64,000 nucleotides of DNA, taken from NCBI RefSeq assembly GCF_009931435.1, contig NZ_CP043415.1; one strand, 5' to 3'. Every line of letters begins with the position of its first letter. The first letter of the stretch is position 1. The position numbers and the translations under genes are program-made. The DNA is from Escherichia coli (GTDB lineage: Bacteria > Pseudomonadota > Gammaproteobacteria > Enterobacterales > Enterobacteriaceae). Under the pieces are notes generated by a model. It ran no database searches. It was given only the letters and a program-made list of their open reading frames with translations, and was not told where the DNA came from. This document shows, piece by piece, positions 57,544 through 64,000 of the stretch.

Positions 57544-57956
57544 AACCAGTCTCCGTTGCTCATAAACAAATAGAAAAAACAAATATGCTTCATACATGCA
57601 ATGTATATTCAATTATAATGGAAAGATGGTCTTTCTGAAAGGGTACAAGCAACATAAAAACACAATAAACTGCATGTATATCGCACGTACAACCTTAAGA
57701 CCAGAGAAAATCATAGATACAAAAAACATTATGAGTGTTATATGTGATACATAAATGCAATATAAAAATATCTTTGACATCATGGTTCAGGTTAAGGGAA
57801 GGGAATGAAATGGTGAAACTGAGAGGAAAGGAAAGCGGTGACGAATCATGTCACCATATACAGAAAGATGTCTAATGGGGACTCTTTAGGTACACTAAGA
57901 ATCCCCATAACGCATTTAAAAGACACACATTAGATACCCTTAAGGTATCCGATAGC

Positions 57957-58265
57957 TTATTGACCTATTGCGCCATCACGTTCAAGCTTCTCTCTTATAG
58001 CCTCAATAATATATGAGCTAAAATCCAGAGATGTTTTACTGGTCGCTTTAAGTTCCGCATGAGCTTCAAAATACGACAGCGGTATGGCCTTAAGATTCTT
58101 AGCCTTCGTCCTGGCGGCCACGGGACGACCTGAAACTTCCTCTGTACCTTCATTTGGCTGAGACGGGACTGTTGCTGTTACGGCAGAAGAAGAAGTTTGT
58201 AATCTGGCAGAATCCACCAGGTTTTTCAGTTTTTCAGCCTGTGCACTAAATTTCGCTTTGCTCAT
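57957..58265 (-). CDS. Small partition adaptor (ParG-like ribbon-helix-helix), candidate partner of the ParA ATPase
   Basis: 102 aa directly downstream of the ParA-like gene; C-terminal DFSSYIIEAIREKL. Confidence 0.5.
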   Translation of the reverse strand: MSKAKFSAQAEKLKNLVDSARLQTSSSAVTATVPSQPNEGTEEVSGRPVAARTKAKNLKAIPLSYFEAHAELKATSKTSLDFSSYIIEAIREKLERDGAIGQ

Positions 58266-58351
58266 GAGATAACCCAGGATGTTTGTTAGATACTCAAAAG
58301 ATATCCTTTAAAAACCCAAAGAATACTATATGGATACCCAATAGATACACT

Positions 58352-58996
58352 TTACTGTTTGTTATTTTCAATCAGATGATTGATTTCTTCGATCAGGGCA
58401 ATAACTTCCTTACCTCCTGCCGAATAGCGCCCATGAACAGACTCAGTGATTCCCATCCCAGTCTCAATGACATCCTCAAATTCTGCACGAGCAGAAATGC
58501 GGCTCTTCATCAGCTTCAGATGTTTGAACGATGGCAGGATTGCATCAAGCTTAGGGAATTTCTTCTTGTTAGGATTAACTTTACAGAGATACAGGTGAGC
58601 AGTTATATCAGTCCCCATGATAGAGCTGATTTCGTCCAGTACTCCATCAAAATGCATCAAACCAATACGCTCAGTCAGGGAGTCTTTTGAAGGGACAATA
58701 ACGCAGTCTGCAAAGGCAATCGCAGTACGGGTAAGATCTGAGTCAAATCCCCCACAGTCAATAAGTAACGTCTTATCGCTGTTCTTGTAGGGAGTCATAA
58801 TTTCGATTAACTCATCCACTGTTTTGGGTACTTTCACGGAAATTTCTTTTCCTTCAGGTCTCAGCCCCAGAATGATAGAAAGCCCGGTATGAGTATCCAG
58901 ATCAACTGTATCAGACTTCATTTCACCAACAATGTTTACGGATGAAGTTGTCTTACCCACACCACCTTTGGGATGCGTATTAGCAATAACAGGCAT
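58352..58996 (-). CDS. ParA-family (type Ib) partition ATPase; start MPVIANTHPKGGVGKTT (track ORF extends to 59074)
   Basis: Deviant Walker A KGGVGKTT. Confidence 0.85.
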   Translation of the reverse strand: MPVIANTHPKGGVGKTTSSVNIVGEMKSDTVDLDTHTGLSIILGLRPEGKEISVKVPKTVDELIEIMTPYKNSDKTLLIDCGGFDSDLTRTAIAFADCVIVPSKDSLTERIGLMHFDGVLDEISSIMGTDITAHLYLCKVNPNKKKFPKLDAILPSFKHLKLMKSRISARAEFEDVIETGMGITESVHGRYSAGGKEVIALIEEINHLIENNKQ

Positions 58997-59177
58997 AGTG
59001 TATCTCCAGAATCCACATGTAATACCCATAAAGCCCCCCCAAAGACACCTTTCGGATATCCAAGAGGTACTCAATAGATGTTTTTTTTACTCTATACCGG
59101 CCCGGCATGTCAACAGAATATGAAATACCGATAATATATCCATGAGATATCCGAAAGGGATTTAAAAAAGTCAGAGC

Positions 59178-59540
59178 TTAAGGAATTCTTTTGAGCATAG
59201 ACACCGCATCGGACTCAAGCATCGAAAACTGCACCCGGTGCCGTGCAGCCACATCCAGTGCAAATACCTTCGTGTAGACCTCCGTTGAACTGATGGACTT
59301 ATGCCCCATCAGGCTCTGCAGGACCTTCAGCGGTATACCGACATACAGCATGTGCATCGCATAGGAATGGCGGAACGTATGTGGCGTGACCGGGACAGAT
59401 AACGTCACACCGTCAGCGGTAACCGCTTCCCCAATCCAGGCCCTGACCGTTCTGTCCGTCACTTCCCAGATCCGCGCTTTCTCTCTCCTGCCTGTCCGTT
59501 TATTACGCCGTTCCATGGGGATTTTCAGTGTGGCCACCAT
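59178..59540 (-). pseudogene. Tyrosine recombinase (XerC/D-like) C-terminal catalytic fragment
   Basis: HTFRHSYAMHML (HxxR box), LMGHKSISSTEVYTKV (catalytic Tyr); in-frame TAG about 20 codons upstream of the ATG and no intact N-terminal domain. Confidence 0.6.
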
Positions 59541-59941
59541 CGTCTGCAGCTGGCTGACGTACCAAGAGTCGGAGAGCGGAACCAGCCGGTGAGTCTACTG
59601 CCCGGCTGGCGTTCTTCCTGCCGTCCTGGCTGCTTTTTCTGTCCGCTGCTTCAGAGTGACCAGCAGGTATTTTGGCAGTTCATCATGAACCATCGACATA
59701 TCCCTCAGTGAAGAGGAGGCTTATGGATGGTGTCGCTGCGGTAATTTCAGAACGTGCCATCATCCGTCCTGTATAGCGCATCTTCCTGCAGAAGGGTTTC
59801 AGCCGCCGCGGTAATAAATGCTCGTACCGTGCAGATAGCATTCTGCACACTCCCCGAACTGATATACACGGGTTCAAGAGATTCGGTAACTCCATCACGG
59901 TGTACCAGTGCGTTTCGGACCTTGATTACCCTCTCAAGTTC

Positions 59942-60526
59942 CTACAAAGGCCACTCATGCGGTGTTGCCAGCATCGTTGAAAAATACCGATCTATCACTT
60001 TGTGGCTCTGAAACGTTTTCTTCGCCACAAGAGACTGAGCTCGCCAGGTATAAACCTTCTCAGGAGTGGCTGTATCCGGTTCCTGCTCGACCCATTTGGA
60101 AGCACGTAATTTTCTTCTGTCTTCCTTATTAGCAATCAGCGAATCAGCTACCTGCAGAAATCGCTGCAAATGTGGAGGATGATTAAGAAGTGCCCTTGCG
60201 CTGTACATCAGAAAACTGTCCAACACACTCACACAATGAACGTAAGCCATTCGCTCCACAATTCCCGGTTGGTTGAACTGCATCAGGTTCTCTAACTCAA
60301 ACAATTCATCTTTTGCATCCTGCAGACGGTCAGGAATACTGGCAAGCGAAGCCTCAAAATATTGCTGCTCAGCCGCCTCTTCCATCCAGTCCTGAAACCA
60401 GCTGTATTCCTGTGCTGCCGCATCCCATTCAGGAGTTCCTTCCTCAGCATCCGTGTAATTTTCCGCAATCCATTCATCAGTGCGTTCTTCCTGAATTTCA
60501 AACAGCAGTTCTTTCATTTTTCCCAT
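59942..60526 (-). CDS. Hypothetical protein, 194 aa, acidic N-terminus
   Basis: ORF track only. Confidence 0.5.
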   Translation of the reverse strand: MGKMKELLFEIQEERTDEWIAENYTDAEEGTPEWDAAAQEYSWFQDWMEEAAEQQYFEASLASIPDRLQDAKDELFELENLMQFNQPGIVERMAYVHCVSVLDSFLMYSARALLNHPPHLQRFLQVADSLIANKEDRRKLRASKWVEQEPDTATPEKVYTWRAQSLVAKKTFQSHKVIDRYFSTMLATPHEWPL

Positions 60527-60714
60527 TTATACCTCACTGAATCTCCTGAAATCCCGCCTGGCATTTGTCTGTGCTCATTCCAGGATTAGATTTATTCAGT
60601 ATCCATGCTTGGCGTAATGTGATGCGATGTTTTTATCCAGAGGTATACCGCACGAAAGCATGAACCGCCCCGGAAATCCTGGAGACTAAACTCCCTGAGA
60701 AAGAGGTAAACAGG

Positions 60715-61041
60715 ATGACTAAAAATACTCGTTTTTCCCCCGAAGTCCGTCAACGCGCAGTTCGTATGGTTCTGGAAAGTCAGGGCGAATATGACTCACA
60801 GTGGGCGGCAATTTGTTCCATTGCCCCAAAGATTGGCTGTACGCCGGAGACTCTGCGTGTCTGGGTTCGCCAGCATGAGCGGGATACCGGGGGCGGTGAT
60901 GGTGGGCTCACCAGCGCTGAACGTCAGCGTCTGAAAGAGCTGGAACGTGAAAATCGTGAACTGCGCTGCAGTAACGATATCCTTCGCCAGGCTTCCGCTT
61001 ATTTTGCGAAGGCGGAGTTCGACCGCCTCTGGAAAAAATGA
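60715..61041 (+). CDS. IS629 OrfA
   Basis: 108 aa [26 protein letters not shown]... Confidence 0.95.
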   Translation: MTKNTRFSPEVRQRAVRMVLESQGEYDSQWAAICSIAPKIGCTPETLRVWVRQHERDTGGGDGGLTSAERQRLKELERENRELRCSNDILRQASAYFAKAEFDRLWKK

Positions 61042-61928
61042 TGCCACTGCTGGATAAGCTGCGTGAGCAGTACGGGGTCAGACCGGTATGCAGCGAACTG
61101 CATATTGCCCCGTCAACGTATTACCATTGTCAGCAACAGCGACATCATCCGGATAAACGCAGTGCCCGTGCGCAGCACGATGACTGGCTGAAGAAAGAGA
61201 TACAGCGCGTATACGATGAAAATCACCAGGTATACGGTGTGCGTAAAGTCTGGCGTCAGTTGTTACGGGAAGGTATCAGAGTGGCCAGATGCACTGTGGC
61301 ACGTCTCATGGCAGTTATGGGACTTGCCGGTGTTCTCCGGGGTAAAAAGGTCCGCACTACCGTCAGCCGGAAAGCCGTTGCCGCATGCGACCGCGTAAAC
61401 CGTCAGTTCGTGGCAGAACGTCCAGACCAGTTGTGGGTGGCTGATTTTACCTGGGTAAGCACATGGCAGGGCTTCGTTTATGTGGCGTTCATCATTGATG
61501 TGTTCGCCGGATACATCGTGGGATGGCAGGTCTCATCATCCATGGAAACAACATTCGTGCTGGATGCACTGGAGCAGGCGTTGTGGGCCCGTCGGCCGTC
61601 CGGCACAATCCATCACAGTGATAAAGGTTCTCAGTATGTATCGCTGGCCTACACGCAGCGGCTTAAGGAAGCCGGATTACTGGCATCAACAGGGAGTACT
61701 GGCGACTCGTATGACAACGCGATGGCGGAGAGCATCAATGGTCTTTACAAAGCGGAGGTAATACACCGTAAGAGCTGGAAAAACCGGACAGAAGTGGAAC
61801 TGGCCACACTAACGTGGGTGGACTGGTATAACAATCGACGATTGCTGGGAAGGCTGGGCCATACTCCTCCGGCAGAAGCAGAAAAAGCTTATTATGCTTC
61901 CATCGGAAACAATGATCTGGCAGCCTGA
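61038..61928 (+). CDS. IS629 OrfB (DDE transposase catalytic part)
   Basis: 296 aa integrase-core ORF overlapping orfA. Confidence 0.95.
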   Translation: MMPLLDKLREQYGVRPVCSELHIAPSTYYHCQQQRHHPDKRSARAQHDDWLKKEIQRVYDENHQVYGVRKVWRQLLREGIRVARCTVARLMAVMGLAGVLRGKKVRTTVSRKAVAACDRVNRQFVAERPDQLWVADFTWVSTWQGFVYVAFIIDVFAGYIVGWQVSSSMETTFVLDALEQALWARRPSGTIHHSDKGSQYVSLAYTQRLKEAGLLASTGSTGDSYDNAMAESINGLYKAEVIHRKSWKNRTEVELATLTWVDWYNNRRLLGRLGHTPPAEAEKAYYASIGNNDLAA

Positions 61929-62031
61929 GTTCACAGATAAAACACTCTCCAGGAAACCCGGGGCGGTTCATTCAGTGGTGAACAGTCCATTCCGGAGACG
62001 GAATATCTTGTTAAGGCTGTATATTATACTG

Positions 62032-62073
62032 GCTGTAAACAACATGGCCACCAAGGACCATGTTGTTTACAGC
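62032..62073. other. 16-bp perfect inverted repeat hairpin between IS629 and the iutA stop
   Basis: GCTGTAAACAACATGG ... CCATGTTGTTTACAGC; no adjacent U-run. Confidence 0.4.
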
Positions 62074-62099
62074 ATACCCTTGTTACAAAAGAATCCCCG

Positions 62100-64000
62100 T
62101 CAGAACAGCACTGAGTAGTTCAGACCAAAGGTTCGGCCCCGGCCTTTGTAGTCGTACAGTGAAGCAGGGCCGTAACCCGGGCTGTAGTACAGAGGTGCAC
62201 GCTGTCCCCAGACAGTGGTATAGTCACGGTCGAAGAGGTTCTCAACGCTGAAGCTGAGTGTTCCCACCGGAAGCAGCCAACTACTGATAAAATCGACGGT
62301 AGTGTAACCATTAATATCGTTACCCTCTGCATCGCTTACGTCGAAAGAAGTGGTGCTCTGCACACGCAGACTCCACGGTTCCGGCGCCCAGCTAATGTAA
62401 GCTGTCGCTTTCGATGGACTTGATTCCTTCACGTCATATTTTTGCCATTGACCGTTCACTTTCGACTCGGTTTTCAGCACATTGAAGTTCACACCGGTAC
62501 TCCAGTCAGTATCCGGGATCAGGTAGTCCACCGCACCTTCCACGCCGTAAATACGGCGCCTGTCGTCCTTCACACTGATGGTCAGATCTTTATTCCTTTC
62601 CACGCTCTTATTGGAAAGCGAGTAATATGCTGCGATTTGAGTCCGCAGGTTGTCACCGGTAAAGCGCCAGCCCAGTTCATAAGAATCGACTTTCACGCCT
62701 TCCAGCTTACTGTCGCTGACGTTCACGCTCTTTGTCAGGGGAAGATGGCCGTTCACTGCTGCACCATAGATGCCGCGACCATAATATTTCCCCGGATCCG
62801 GCAATGCCACCCCCTGGGAAAAATTGAACCATGCCTGCTGACGTTCGGTGATGTGCATCAGCAGACCAGCATTGAACAGAAAGTTATCGTAATCTACCGA
62901 ACCACCAGGAATGGCGTCGGCAGATATCGCCTTCCCGGCAGCAATCTTCTGTTGCTGCATGTAGTCGATAAAATCATCTACCCTGTTCTCAGTATACTGA
63001 TAGCGTACGCCACCGCTGACGGTAAAAATATCATTAATGTCATAGCTGGATTGCAGGAAGGCCGCCAGATTGGTGATGTCATATGACGGATAGCGCCCGG
63101 TGGTGTAAATCTTATGGTTGTTCAGCCCTCCGGAAGCACTTGCCTGAGCCAGATCGAAGAACATCTGGTTGGAGGTAAAGCGCTCATGCTCAGCATCCAG
63201 CCCCCAGGTGATTTGCCAGCCGTCCATCAGTTGGCTGTTCAGAGTCAGTTTCATGCCGTACTGGTCGGTATCCTGCTGTGACGAGGAGAAAGCCGTCGCC
63301 TGTTTATTCGCATTTACCGTCGGGAACGGGTAGAACCGCAACGACTCATCGCGGTAGTAAACCTGACCGACCAGTTCCTGTCTCAGGAAATCACTGTCAG
63401 AGTACTGCAGGCTGATCAAATGCCGCTCAGTGCCGGGAATGCGGTCAGAATTCAGCCCCTTACTGACGTATGGTGTGCTGCTCCCGCTGATGGCGGAAAA
63501 GCCTTTCCCGAGATTAAGCCCGTAATTGTCGTCCCCCTGACTTTTATAGTACTGCGTTATCAGTTGAAGCTGCCGGGATTCATCGATGTTCAGCGTACCG
63601 GTTCCCATGATGTCCAGCCGATTGGAGTGCTGCAGGCCGGTCTGGGTGTTATCAAGCAGGGTAGCATCGCCGTTACCGTCAAACCAGCCGCCAAATTTCT
63701 GATATGCCACGGAAAGACGTCCGGAGATATGGTCATTTCCGCCGGAGACAGCACCGGCAATGCGCTCATCGTGATCTTTACTGCTGTTAAAGCCACTTTT
63801 TGTGCCAGCCTCAAACTCCATCATGGTTTCCGGCTGGCCTTTTTTGGTCACGATGTTTATCAACCCTCCGGTACTCCCGCCACCGTACAGGGCCGTCGCG
63901 CCGGAGATCACTTCAATATGGTCGATATTAAAAGGATCGACAGAGTCCAGTTGTCGGCTGTCGGAACGTGAAGAGTTGAGGCGCACACCGTCAATCAGGA
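62100..64000 (-). CDS. iutA: IutA aerobactin TonB-dependent receptor, 3' portion (N-terminus beyond window end)
   Basis: Matches IutA over more than 600 aa as remembered; C-terminus ...RTFGLNYSVLF. Confidence 0.93.
   Translation of the reverse strand, partial: LIDGVRLNSSRSDSRQLDSVDPFNIDHIEVISGATALYGGGSTGGLINIVTKKGQPETMMEFEAGTKSGFNSSKDHDERIAGAVSGGNDHISGRLSVAYQKFGGWFDGNGDATLLDNTQTGLQHSNRLDIMGTGTLNIDESRQLQLITQYYKSQGDDNYGLNLGKGFSAISGSSTPYVSKGLNSDRIPGTERHLISLQYSDSDFLRQELVGQVYYRDESLRFYPFPTVNANKQATAFSSSQQDTDQYGMKLTLNSQLMDGWQITWGLDAEHERFTSNQMFFDLAQASASGGLNNHKIYTTGRYPSYDITNLAAFLQSSYDINDIFTVSGGVRYQYTENRVDDFIDYMQQQKIAAGKAISADAIPGGSVDYDNFLFNAGLLMHITERQQAWFNFSQGVALPDPGKYYGRGIYGAAVNGHLPLTKSVNVSDSKLEGVKVDSYELGWRFTGDNLRTQIAAYYSLSNKSVERNKDLTISVKDDRRRIYGVEGAVDYLIPDTDWSTGVNFNVLKTESKVNGQWQKYDVKESSPSKATAYISWAPEPWSLRVQSTTSFDVSDAEGNDINGYTTVDFISSWLLPVGTLSFSVENLFDRDYTTVWGQRAPLYYSPGYGPASLYDYKGRGRTFGLNYSVLF

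Larger units (their letters stand above)
60661..61970 (+). mobile_element. IS629 (IS3 family), 1310 bp
   Basis: Terminal inverted repeats TGAACCGCCCCGG (60661) and CCGGGGCGGTTCA (ending 61970); orfA/orfB with overlap typical of -1 frameshifting. Confidence 0.9.

Noticed and set aside
62032-62073. Hairpin after iutA as a rho-independent terminator
   Set aside because: Perfect 16-bp stem but no U-run on either strand; kept only as a low-confidence structural feature.

Overview
This window is an almost complete IncF (F-like) conjugative-plasmid backbone. Positions 1-33028 carry the transfer operon on the minus strand, from finO (3' end cut by the window start) through traX, traI, traD, traT, traS, traG, traH, the trb/tra pilus-assembly genes, traC, traB, traK, traE, traL, traA, traY, traJ to traM, with a finP antisense RNA candidate. 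oriT lies at about 33040-33460 with an F-type nic sequence near 33369/33370. The plus strand as shown is the transferred strand, so 33461-51707 is the leading region: orf169 transglycosylase, an orf273/DUF932 gene with an in-frame stop, hok/mok, psiA, psiB, a ParB-like gene split by IS100, ssb, two orphan methyltransferases, an ArdB/KlcA-like antirestriction gene and several unknown genes. Almost all are on the minus strand, and three copies of a hairpin-rich repeat of about 0.5-0.6 kb sit upstream of the gene blocks; I read these as Frpo/ssi-type single-strand promoters. Beyond that are a group II intron, an impCAB remnant with a 5'-deleted impB, a parMR locus, a second ParA-type partition pair, a tyrosine recombinase remnant, IS629, and the 3' portion of iutA running off the window end. 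No single novel system could be proven from sequence alone; the best candidates are the unannotated leading-region genes downstream of the repeats (46923-51707 and 43748-46002). All protein identifications rest on reading the translations against remembered family sequences and motifs, not on database searches.
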